Source: Chlorokybus atmophyticus
Taxonomy: Eukaryota > Plantae > Mesostigma and Chlorokybus algae
Length of the DNA: 64,000 bases
Assembly (NCBI GenBank): GCA_009103225.1
Contig: RHPI01001403.1
Location: 1 to 64,000, forward strand
Direction of reading: 5' to 3'
Shown here one piece after another: positions 48,949 through 60,434 of the stretch. The translations under genes were made by a program, and so were the position numbers. The notes below the pieces were generated by a model. That model saw nothing but the letters and a program-made list of their open reading frames with translations, was not told the origin of the DNA and made no database searches. The number at the start of each line of letters is the position of its first letter. Position 1 is the first letter of the stretch.

Positions 48949-51444
48949 ATGTCAGGCACCACGTCGGGTGGGCGGTCCAGCAACTGCAGCGAAGGATGGG
49001 AGAATTTGGACGAAGAGATATGGGGGAAGAATGCTGGTGGTCCTTCTGATGAGCAGCTGCAGCATGAGTGGGAAACCAGTGAGGCGACTGTTCACCTGCG
49101 TGATCTTGAGACCACAGCAATGGTCTGCTTAAAAGTGAGCTTATGCATCAAGCATCCGCAATCAATGTCAGACCTTGCTGCCGAAGTCTGTTTCGTCCCA
49201 TGTTGTACTAGTGCACCGATGTAAACTATGCAGGCACTGAAGGTCCGACATTGGCGTGGGAAGCATCATGCCCGTGATCGTCGCAAGGTCACCAAGCTGG
49301 CCGACAAAGGCCGGATTTGCTACGAGTACTGTCGCATGATGCCGGGGAAGACTCAAACGAAGCAGGACCCATTCAAGTTCGCTCTTGCAACCAAATGCTG
49401 GCATCTGCTGAATCCAGAGCTCTCCTATCAAATAGTTGGCAATTTCCCACAGTTACATGAGCCGTCATGCAATATGGCAGCATTGTCTGAGCTGGGAGGA
49501 GTTTGCTTTGCATGTGTTGGCCTTCACAACTTCTTCATTGGTGGGTAGGCGCGTTTGAAGATTCAACAGTATCTGGGCAACAAAAAGGGATACAGCAACC
49601 CCAAGCACAAAGAGAAGCAGAAAGAAAAGAGTCGGAAGCGTTACAAGGAGATGATGGAGAAGGCTTTCGCGGGGGGCTTTGTACCAAGGCGCAGGGGAGA
49701 ACCTAGCGACAAGAACAACAAGGTGTGTGTCATGTAGTGACTAAGGTGTTTGTGCGATGTGCATGTCTTGAGTGCCTTTGCCATGTGCTTGATAGAAAGC
49801 CAACAAGAAGAAGCCCAAGAAGTCAAAAGAAGTGCAATCTGCCAGCGACGACGAGGATGCCACCTCAGAGGGTGACCTACAGTTTGCACAAAATTGGCTT
49901 TGTCAATGTCGTGTTGAGAACGATGCTTTGTGTTTGATGGTGCCTTATGTATGCAGGTTGTGTGGTGTGTATGATGACCCCTTGTAATTGCACGGCGCCC
50001 ACGCGTTCACATCCCGCCAGCGACGCCAGCGACGACAGAAATGGCACCTCGCAGCGTGAGCCGTGTCTTGCGCGCGCAGGCAGTTGCTGGAGTACTGTGT
50101 GTATATGCAGGCTTTTGTGATCGGTGCCTTGTGTATGCGATAGGTAACAAGGAAGGCACTGCACCACAACCCTCAAGTTCTCCTGCTACTGGTTCACAGG
50201 TCAGATGCCGCTCTTGCTTGTACTTTGCTAAACATGTGTTCATGATCGTTCATAACTGTTGTGTTCAGGCACGTGCCAAGCAGGGTGCTGATCTGCGTGA
50301 CAGCAGCTCAGGGAAGCGCAAAGTGTCTGGTGATGTACGCAGCATTGGACTTGACAGAGCGGCAATGCACTGAGTTGTGGCTCACCATCTGACTTCATGC
50401 TGTTGGCAGGAGGATGAGGTGTCAAGCCCCCTCAAAAAGAAAACAAACAAAACTGTTCGCTCAATACCGGCTCCCTACAAGTCTCAGGAGGCAGGCCACT
50501 CGACTGGCAAGCAGGAGACGGTGTTGGAGAAGAAGAGCGGCAAGCAAAAGGAGGTATGAAAGCACCATGTACTTGATCTTATGGGCTTCTTGCGTTCTTC
50601 CGGCTGCACACAAACTGTCACCTGCGGCAGGCGCGCATTCGTTGCGTGACGGTTGTAAGCTTGTTGACACGTCGTGTCACCTTGTCGCAGGATGAGCCAA
50701 CGTATTCAGAAATGCCTGAGACAGATAGAAGCGAGAACAGCGGTGAAGATGGCGCCAAGGACAGCGCCCCGGACAACGAGGGGGACAGCCCCAACAACAG
50801 CGACAACGACTCGCAGAAGGCAGGTCGCTTCGCAAGCGCTGTATGAGAGATCACATCTGTGTATGTGTGTACCTCTTGATGTGTTTGTCACTTGCATGCG
50901 CAGGAAGAGCTGAGCGACAAGGACGACACCGCACCGATGATGAAGGTTGGCAGTAAAGTCCAACTGTTCATAAACGGGCGCAAAGAACCAGTAGGGGAGG
51001 CGCACGTAAGCGACATCAATCCTGTCAACAAGTTTCATGGCAAGAAGATTGGAGAGGGCAACATGGTGGTCCAGTTCAGCCGCAGTCTTCCCATCACTAG
51101 GACCAGACGTCCCGGACCAGGGGAAGAAGAGGTTGTGCCTCTGCCAATCAGCTTCAAGCGTGATGGGGTTGGAGTGCAAGTGACCCACTTGAAAGGTGAA
51201 CGCGTTTGTGTGCATGCGATTGCATGAACAGTTTCAACATTGTGCAAGTCAGCTGAGTTCATGTGTGGTTGATGTATGCGCAGAGTGCGAGCCGGGTTTG
51301 TTGCTACTTTGGCCTGTTGGGTTGCTGAAGAGTATCAAGGTGAGGGAGCCAGCAAAGGAAGGCACAACCACACAGCGCGGGAGGGGCCGTGGGAAGGGCA
51401 GCCGGGGTGGGCGCGGTGGGCGTGGTCGAGGCAGCAAGAAGTAG
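48949..51444 (+). CDS. CACTA TnpA/ORF2-like protein (En/Spm-type C-terminal domain), multi-exon
   Basis: C-terminal VGEAHVSDINPVNKFHGKKIGEGNMVVQF..LP..LLLWPVGLL resembles the TNP1/En-Spm (Transposase_23-like) domain. Basic and acidic low-complexity linker. RGG tail. Ends just inside the right subterminal repeats. Confidence 0.65.
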
Positions 51445-52249
51445 GTAGCAGAGATACATTGTAGACATCAGTGAATTTGTTGTTCGAGTCAGCTGCCATT
51501 CAGCTGACATTGCTGTCCAAATTCACCGGCTGGACTGATTGCTATGTGCTATGTCACAGCTATGCTATGTCACAGCTGTTGACGATAGCAAGATGCAGTG
51601 ATTATTCAACCAAACTGTGAGTGAATAACCACTTATATGTGTGTGAGCAGAAGTGCTGTATTATTCAATTATCATTTGCGTGAAAAATCAACCAAAGGCA
51701 GCAGTGTTCAACCATACTATGGGTGAATAACCACTCATATATAGGACTGTGTGAGAGCAGATATGCTGTATTATTTAATCACAAATCGTATGAATAATCA
51801 CTCGCCAGTGTGGTACATGTGCTGTTGAAACAGCTTTAGTATGTGTGAACATTAAGCCAATATGCGTGTGAATAATTACCAATAAGGAGGACATAGTGTG
51901 AGAGCAGGCGCTGTAAATATTCATGCACACAAAGTATGAATAATCACTTGGTGCCATGGTACAAGTCTAGGACCATGTATACCTAAGAAGACTGAATATG
52001 CAGTTCTGTCGCGAGTGAATAACTACTCACATGTAGGAGGTTGTGTGCGAGATGGACAACTACAATTATTCATGACCAAAACGTGTGAATATCCATTGCT
52101 TGTATTCAGGGCATTTGGCCTGAATAATCAGCAATCGTAACAGCGACCTCTGCAGCCACGCAAGTGGCGAGTTCACACATAAAACAGATGAGTATTCAGG
52201 GCAAATGCGCTGAATTTTCAGAAATTCGGGGGGTCCAGAATTACCGGTG

Positions 52250-52289
52250 CTGCATGCAAAGAGGGGTACGTACCCCTCTTTGCATGCAG
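52250..52289. repeat. Perfect 40-bp palindrome abutting the right TIR
   Basis: CTGCATGCAAAGAGGGGTAC|GTACCCCTCTTTGCATGCAG. Confidence 0.95.
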
Positions 52290-52899
52290 AGTGCAATAAT
52301 GTATGGTGCATATAATCTGCGTCTTGTAGGCGCAAATTGTGGTTGGTGGCGTACATTGACTGCGGTGATAGCCACGTGTGATGAGAGTGCTGCATAAAGT
52401 GTTCGAAAGGCGAAGCTATCAGCTTGAGAGTCAGCAGGTGTTGTGTTACCGCAGTGCGGAGTGGATTATCGAGCATGATTGTCAGGTCGTATTGGGTGTG
52501 GTTGGGAGCTGAGCTGGAAGCTAATAACAACATTCTGCTTGCAGTTGAAGGGACAGAACTTAAACTGGGTACAGCCTTGCCTTTGGCCACCTCGAGCGCA
52601 GTAAACAGCATGTTATGCTGATGCACCTATACAACCCAGTGTGATGTGCTGACAGGTGGTGGCCTGCACCCATGCAGGCCACAACATTACGTAGCTGCAT
52701 ACCTTGTACAGAAACACAGTGATTGCTCCAAATTGCTCTACCTAAGCTCCATTGTACATGGGCCATAACAGACATGATGAACTTGCAGCAACCTGTTTTG
52801 GTTGTGACTGTACCTACTACTCTGCAAAGCTGAGTGGTAAACCCGACATATATAAGTGGACTTGAATGGCGTCTTTGCCTACATCTTGTTACACTTCTC

Positions 52900-54010
52900 C
52901 CGTGTGCCCAATTGACAGAACACTTGATCGATCGCTTCCTCCGAGCGCGCAAACATCGCATTGCTGTTCCGTGGAGATTGACGGCGTGGAGCTGTCACCT
53001 TGAAAGTCCAGCTTCTTGAAACACCTGGGCATCTGTCCACAAGCCTGCATGGAACACCATGAGAGATGTAAGCGACACTGCTAAGGCATGCGCCCATGCG
53101 CCGAGATGAATGTGTTCAATAGTGCAAGCTCTGCAACATGGCACACAACTAAGTAGTGAGGCTGCAAATAGACACACCCGCGCTTAGCCCGGCAGCGAGT
53201 GCAGCGCCCAGCGCTGTCGTCTCCACACCTCACGGTCGCTCCACAGTGATGCCCGATATGTCAGCCCGGCCAAAGCAGTGAGTGGGTATGACGGTTGTGC
53301 TGCCATTGACGTCAATACAACGCCGCCATCAACGCGCAAGAACTTCAGCTCCGTACTTGCATATGACTCCATGGTGTCCCCAACCCCTCTAACCTGATTG
53401 CCACATGCGGGCACACACACGTGCACATGCAGGCATACTTGCCTGCTTGAGGCATAGCCAAGTGTGGGACTAGCAGATGGAGTGAAGAACTGTGCTTGCA
53501 TGTTGTAACTATTTCGGTTGGCTACATATGCTATTCAGTATGCATTGCGTTCAACTTGCCTTGCCTGGAACGCGATGGCTTCCAACACAGCCCTGGCAAT
53601 GTGAGCTTTGTTGTTGGCGTAGCGTGCAAGACCGGCACATATGCCACGCGCATCCGCACGCCAACGCGGTGCCAGCAGCCCTTGCAAAGCGGGCACAGAT
53701 ACCACCCCTGCACTGTCGAGGACGGTCTGCGCCAGGACTTCACACTCATTCACATTGTTGATGCTACCAAGGTTATTTCGCAGCCACTGCAGCCAATTCC
53801 AACATGTGTGTGTGGGTGTGACACAACGCTGCTCCTACCTGAAAACAACTGCACCTGCCATCGCCACAGAGCCCTCCAGCGCATGCACTGCAGTTGTGCT
53901 TCTTTTTCCCAACCTGTAGCACACGGCGGTGAGAAGGCCCGATGACGACGGCTTAGGCTGCTCCCCCGTGTTCAGCAGCATGACATGTTCTTGACCTGCA
54001 GACGTGCTCG
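52900..54010 (-). pseudogene. glpK: Glycerol kinase, decayed 3' half with introns
   Basis: [89 protein letters not shown]. Frameshifted. Confidence 0.85.
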
Positions 54011-54213
54011 GATGTTTAGAAGAGATGTGGCAATGTGACTGAAGTACGCATGGACTGTACCTATCCTGGCAGACAACACCCCGAGATGGGCACGCCCTTA
54101 GGAGGTCCCGTGTCAATGTGGCCCTGAACCTCTGCGTTGCTGGCATGCTAGCGCAAGCCAGTCAAGAGTAAACTCCTGAAGAAACGTTTGTGGATGTGTG
54201 CTTCACTGCACCT

Positions 54214-54830
54214 CACTACAAACTGCCCTTGGGATTGTAGATATCTACGATATCCATATGCATATCGCTAATAGCAAGGTTCATATCTATTTTGCGGACC
54301 CGCCACAGAAGTTTACCCGTGAAAACTAATTCATCAGCACTGCTACAAAACCATCATTAGCATCTACAATATCATGATTAATGTCCATGTGAACCTCGAT
54401 AAAATCATGGTAAATGTTCGAAAGTGTCGCCTACAATACAGCTGTAGGTGTCTATTATAATGTTTTATACATCTATAATGTCGGTATTGTAGGGTTCTTG
54501 CGGTCATTGTTGAGGCTGCATGCGGATGGGTTATATATATGCAATTGATTGATATTATCATTATACGCATGGACATGTTTGCGAGCAATCAGCTGGGCAA
54601 TATAGTGAACAAGCCCTATATTATCAACAAGGATATCGACATTGTAATGTTCGTACATTGCATTATCACCAAGTTTATCAACATTGTAGCAAAACTTCAC
54701 TGCATTATCAACAAGAACATTGACAATGTAGCAAATGTACACTACATTATTAGCAAAGTTATGGATATTGTAGTAGATGCGCACTGCATTATCAACAAGG
54801 ACATGGATAGTGCAGCAAAGCGCAGTACAG
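54214..54830. mobile_element. Canonical CACTA terminus (CACTACAAA) and AT-rich subterminal repeats of a third family
   Basis: CACTACAAAC at 54214. CTACAAT/ATTGTAG motifs follow. Five 42-bp units lie at 54619-54830. The partner end was not found in the window. Confidence 0.6.
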
Positions 54831-55049
54831 CAGAACCCGCTGCAACTACACATGAGAGGTTCTACCACGTCTAAGTCTTGCTCTTGTAGAAACCGCCGAT
54901 GCAGCCTTCAAACGCGCAACCCGAGCCCGCGCACCGCACATGACGGGCATAGCCTGTCGGTGCTGTCAAAGCATGCGAGTTTATTTTGAGGTGCTCGATA
55001 GCATAATACAACTTGGAGTACAGCAAGTGAAAGCAAACTTGTACTTACA

Positions 55050-58000
55050 CATGCCACGCAATGCGATGTGCCTCATCCGGATCAAGCTGACGGAGGAATT
55101 CCTTATCATTCGTGTTGACTAGTATGCGGGTGTCGGGCACAAGTACCTTGCGTACCCAGATAGGGACCTCACCTGCAAATGGTTATCCAAATTGAGACAA
55201 CAAACTACCCAAAACAGCAACAATCTTGAAGACTTACCAACTTTCAGTACAGTCTTATGCACTCTGCACTCTGCCTCCTCAGATAGCGCCTCCACAGTGC
55301 CTTTGGCTACAGGCACCTTGCTCTTGGAGCTCCACAGCAGGACTGCATCTTCGTCTTTGAACTGGAAGAAGCCTTGGACTTCGTCCTCCGGTGAGGGGCT
55401 CTCTTCGTTGCGAGCCACAAGTTGCTGAGACGCCTGTGCACATTTATAAATGTTGTGTTGTGGTTATGCAAGACAAATGTGTTGACAGATGTGCTCTTAC
55501 CTTCTTGTGTGCTTGACGTGCCGACATGCGCGTAGGAGACACCACCTAAGGGTTGACCATTGTTAACCAGCAGCACATCTTGTCGTTAGCAGCAGCGTTA
55601 TTTACCTTGTTCTTGGCCGCCGTCGTGCTCGCGGCCTTGGCCGCCTGCTTCTTGGCTGCCTTCGTGTTCGCGGCCTTGGCAGCCCGCGCCTTGGCCGCTT
55701 GCTCCTTGGCCGCCTTCTCGTTGGCGGCCTTGTCCTTGCCCGCTTTCTCTTTTGTCGCCTGCATTGCCAATGGCATGGTTATCAATGTACTTTCATAGTG
55801 CACAAGACACAGCCATTCAATGACCGCACATGGACAATGCCCTCATCTTTGTCGGTGGCCTCCTCGTCGTCCTCATCGCCATCATCAGCGTCCTCCTCAT
55901 CAGCGCTCTGTGACCCGAACCGTTGACCAATTTAATAAATAAAAGATTGCCACGACTTAGGCAGCAATACCTTAGACTGTTACACATGATGTTTGCGAGA
56001 TGTAGGTGGGTAAAAACACTACAGGTGTTGACCCACTACCTTGTCCTTGTCTGACTTGCTCGCGGCCGCCTTCTCCTTGGCTGCCTTCTCTTTGGCTGCC
56101 TTCTCGCGTGCTGTCTTCTCGCGTGCAGCATTCTCGCGCGCTGCCTTCGCGCGTGCTGCCCTCCCTTTGGGAACCTACTCAGCATAACTGACAATGCAAT
56201 TGGATTGTGTGATGTATATACAAAACCTTACATTATCAATGCATGCACCTGTTTAGCGGTGGCCTCTTCCTCAAAGGCCTCCTCATCGCCACCGCCATCG
56301 TCGTCTTCCTCCTCGTCCTCCTCATTGTCGTTAGTGTTGTTAAGGCCTTGTCTGGCCTCATCGTTCACAAAGTCTTTGGCTGTGACCTACGACCAGAAGC
56401 ATTGGTTAGTTTAGTGAGCAACACATTGGGACGGGTCAGGCAGCCATACCTTTAAATACTTAAACTAGACACAAATGGACAAAATAGACAGCAACAGCAG
56501 CAGTATCAATATCTGCATGGACATTGTAGCTAACATTCTGACCTTGTCTTTCTTGGCCCTTCCTTGAGTCTCGCCTTCTTTAAATGGTGATGCGGGCTGC
56601 ACATACACTCAAATTAGTAACTGCTGACTACACGCACGCATGCATGCACGCGCACGCACGCGCGCGCGCGCACGGACGCATGCGCATACCCACGCTAACA
56701 ACCTAACCTTCTTTCTCTTCAACTTCCGTTTGACGATCTTTCCCTCCACTGCATTTTCTTCCTTTGTCTTTGCACTCTGTGCACACATGTAAAGACTTCA
56801 CACATGCTTATACTTACACACCATGTAGATGTTGGATTTAAACTTACCCGCTTGGCGGTATACTTCAGTTGCGATAACTTGCGTAAAGCCTCTTCTCGAA
56901 GCTTCACCGCACTCCATTTGGGGAAATATATCTGCAAGGCCCTGTTATACATAGACGCATGTATGCATGAGCACTTGGATACAAATGCCTAATGTTTAAT
57001 GTGTGATGTACTTACGTCTCCAACATGTCCCTTCTGCCTGGAGGGATGTGCGTCCACTTGGTGCCAAGCTGGATGTACTTACAATCTACGAAAAGCTTGA
57101 CTTCCTTCTGCACACCAGAAGGAAGTAGACATGCATAGTAGCTTTGCGATTGCCCAATGCCAAATGCCCATGCTTACCCGGACTCCCTCGCCGTAGTCCA
57201 CATCATCTTTGAATGCGTACGGGGTGATGGTCCCAAACTCAACCCTCATCCTCTTCCTCAACTGTCAGACAGCAATTATTGGTAGCTATGTTGGTTAGAT
57301 ATGTGCAAACACAACGCAACCTATCGTGTGCTCCTGCGCCAGCTCCTTTTCCCTTTCATTGGAGGCTTTGGCGTTGTCGTCCTCCTCGACTTCCTTACCT
57401 GCAACAACCACAAACAATGAGACCAACAAACTAGCATACTTCACAGCATGCTCACACACTACAAGTAAGCGTACTGGTGCTTGCAGAGTGCCTCTGCTGC
57501 TGCTTTTGGTGCTTCTCAAACGCTTTCACAAGCTTGCCAATATGCTTGTCGGTGGGAGAATCCACCTCGTTGCTCATGATGACTGGCTTCTGGCTCGCTG
57601 CAACCATCAGTTGTCAAGCAGACAGCCTAACTGTATGCGCGTGTGCTTGTGTGACTGCTGCATGCCTGCTGAATGAGTGATGGTCTGTGCACAAGCATGC
57701 GCATACAAGTGTTTGTGCGTGTGAGCGTGAGCGCATGAATGAGTGAAGTGCAGGAGCGTAAGCGTGTGCGCATGTGACCATGTGTACAGCAGAACCTAGT
57801 TGTTCTCTCAGAGCCAGCATTTCTCAGAGACCCAACTTGTCACACCTTCAGATTGGTCCAGTATGGTCGTGTAAAGTGTTCAGCGAGGGCTTCGCGCCAC
57901 GAGGGTTCGGTAAGCAGCACCTGGAGCTCAGGGTACTTGCCCCTCTCTGGAGAAAAAAGGACAATGCCAGTGAGCAATGCGCGTGCATTCCACCACGCAA

Positions 58001-58690
58001 TTGGTATAAGGACTGCAAGTAAAACATGCATGTGTGCATAAGCCCATCCGTGTGCGCGTGCATTTTGGGGTGAGTCCGCATGTGTGGGTGTAATTGGTTG
58101 TGTATGAATGTATGACTTACGGAAGGACAGTAGCTGGAGAAGCTGCGAGGCCAGAAGCTTCTTAAGCTGCGAGGCCTTGTCGCTCCAGGCAATGGATGCT
58201 GCCGTTTTCAGGTACAGCACCTGGCAATGCAAACACAAGGAGTCAGAACGCTAACTTACTTGTTTATGTGCGCGTGCGCGTGTGTGCGCATGTGACCACC
58301 ATGTGTACAGCAAAACCTAGTTGACAGCTAAAACCAGCAACAATCAGCAACAACCAACAAGCTGGTTGTTGCTGATTGTGCTACAAGCAACAAGCTGGTT
58401 GTTGCTGGTAGCAGCACAACAACCAACAAGCTGCCCACTGTTGACTTGTCCATTCAACAACAACTACTAATGAAAAAGTTACCAATACAGAGAGGGGATA
58501 AGCTATCAACCAGCCACAGTTAGCAACAACCAGCTTGTTGCTAGTAGCAGCACGACAACATGCCCACTGTTGCATTGTCCATTCAACAACTACTTTCGAA
58601 AAAGCCAACGCAGAGAGAGGGGGGGAGGGGATAAGCTATCCAACCAGCAACAGCTAGCGTACCTTGTAGCACCATTTCCTCATGTATGCC
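55050..58690 (-). CDS. Second CACTA TnpA/ORF2-like multi-exon gene
   Basis: DAVLLWSSKSKVPVAKGTVE..VHKTVLKVG|EVPIWVRKVLVPD..IAW C-terminal domain. LGTKWTHIP..LQIYFPKW segment. KAA-rich linker. Ends inside the 54214 terminus. Confidence 0.55.
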
Positions 58691-59509
58691 TCGCCTCACA
58701 CGCTTGTCGCCCAGAATGTCGCCGCCTTCAGTTTCTGATTGTCACGTTGAAGCGCAAGCAGCGCGAAACCCTAATTAAAAAGCCCTAATTAAGGTTATGC
58801 ATGTGCTCACGCTAACATTATCGCTGATTTGACACATTACTCATGTGTTATGCTAGTGTTTAGCGCCGCAAAACACCCAACAAACCCAACCAAATGACAT
58901 CATGCAACATCAATTGCCAATGCAATACCGGTAGGTTGCTAATTAATTAAGCAGTGCAAAAATAGAAGTGATGCTCCAAGAACGCACGTGCGCAAGGCAG
59001 GCATGCAGTTGCGAGTGCATGGCGGGCGAGGAGTGAAAGGACAGCCGGGAGGGAGGCGGCGAAGGGAAGGGGGGCAATAGGGAGCTGGTTGTGGTTGAGG
59101 TTGTGGTGGACAGGCGGCGGAGGTGAAGGGGAGCTGGAGGTACGTAGCTGGTCTGGAGGAACATTGCTGGAGTGACAACGTTGCTGTCACTCCAGCAACT
59201 GCAGGCGGCGAGAGGGAGGGGGTTGGGGCAGTGTTCATGCCTCGGGGCATGGGGAGGGGGAGGGCAGAGGGGGAGCGTTGCACAGCAGGAGAATTGGAAG
59301 GGCGGCCACAAACATGTCCGTCCAGCAGCTCAGCGGCCTCAAGTGATACTGAGCCTGTGAGCGCCGCTAAGTCTGCTGAGCACTCACTGCTGCCAGCTGG
59401 CAGCCAACCTGCCCAGCCCGGTCCAAGTTCTTCGGACAACCCAAGTAGCAGTTCAACCAGCTCCGACAATGTCTTTAGTTTGAGGCATGTTGACCAGCTT
59501 GATCAGCAA

Positions 59510-60140
59510 TCACAAGCTGGTCCGTCTCATGTACACTACGACGGTTACGTCATGTCTTGCACATCAATTGACCACGAATGGTCCGTACCTCTGGACCGGG
59601 ATTTTCTCCTGCTAAATGAGATTAGCGGACCATATATGGTCGGACTGTTAATGACAGTTGGACCATGCATGGTCCAAATTTCACATGAATGGTACTATTG
59701 TCCCTTGAGACGCACCAGGCATGGTGGCCAGTATACATGAGATTTGTGGACCATGCATGGTGCGATGCCCCCTGGGATAGTGGACCATGCATGGTTTATT
59801 ACTTCCTTCATGTCCAGTGACGGAAAGTCGCACCATACCTGGTCCATGGATATGGACCGGAAGTCTTGTTTGTTACTGAGATTGTACGGACCATGCATGG
59901 TGCGCTGCCCTCCTGGCACAGTGGACCACATATGGTGCCGGTCTGGTCGACAATCGCACCATGAATGGTCCATGGCTACCGTCGAGGTGTTGCGCATACA
60001 TGGTCCACAAGCGGCACCATATATGGTTCTGCCAGACACCGCACCATACAGGGTGCGGTCTACTTGATTTGGTGCACCAATCATGGTCTGTCATGATGTC
60101 CATGGGAGCCATGCATGGTGTGAGCGCTGTTTCATGCACC
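59510..60140. repeat. Block of quasi-palindromic GGACCAT/ATGGTCC (ACCATGCATGGT) motifs
   Basis: The motif recurs many times in ~600 bp. Shares inverted and direct 18-mers with 62580-63510. Confidence 0.7.
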
Positions 60141-60434
60141 ATGCCTGGTGCATACAATCCGCCACGCATACAATTCACAGAATTGCTGTAATGGGCTGTC
60201 AATAAATAGTCTAATCGTGATCATTAGTATCAAGCTAGCATCATGTTCTATACCTACAGTCTCCTATATGCACTGCACGCTGCTGTGGACAGTTGCAGTT
60301 GGACCCCATGTGAAGCCACTCCCGGAGATCTTTCCACATTGTGTGCTGACTCCCAGCCTCAGGAGCCAACAACAGCCTCAGGAGTTAGAGACACCCTTGC
60401 TTGACAGCCTCTGTGGACAGCCCCTCCAGCCAAC

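Larger units (their letters stand above)
32255..52249. mobile_element. ~20-kb CACTA/EnSpm-type DNA transposon with cargo genes
   Basis: 39-bp TIRs: CACCGGTAATT...GAAAATTCA at 32255-32293 and its reverse complement at 52211-52249, 33/39 identical. Dense TGAATA/TATTCA subterminal repeats at about 32290-32900 and 51590-52210. TnpD-like and TnpA-like genes inside. No TSD visible. Confidence 0.85.

Noticed and set aside
32255-52249. Endogenous giant virus or Polinton as the source of OTU, Ulp1 and methylase
   Set aside because: No capsid, packaging ATPase, PolB or other viral hallmark motif was seen. CACTA TIRs, subterminal repeats and TnpD/TnpA explain the region.
54539-54874. 14-aa repeat protein (HCIINKDMD...) in the ORF track
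   Set aside because: It derives from a 42-bp AT-rich DNA repeat next to a CACTA terminus, is open on both strands, and is better read as subterminal repeats.
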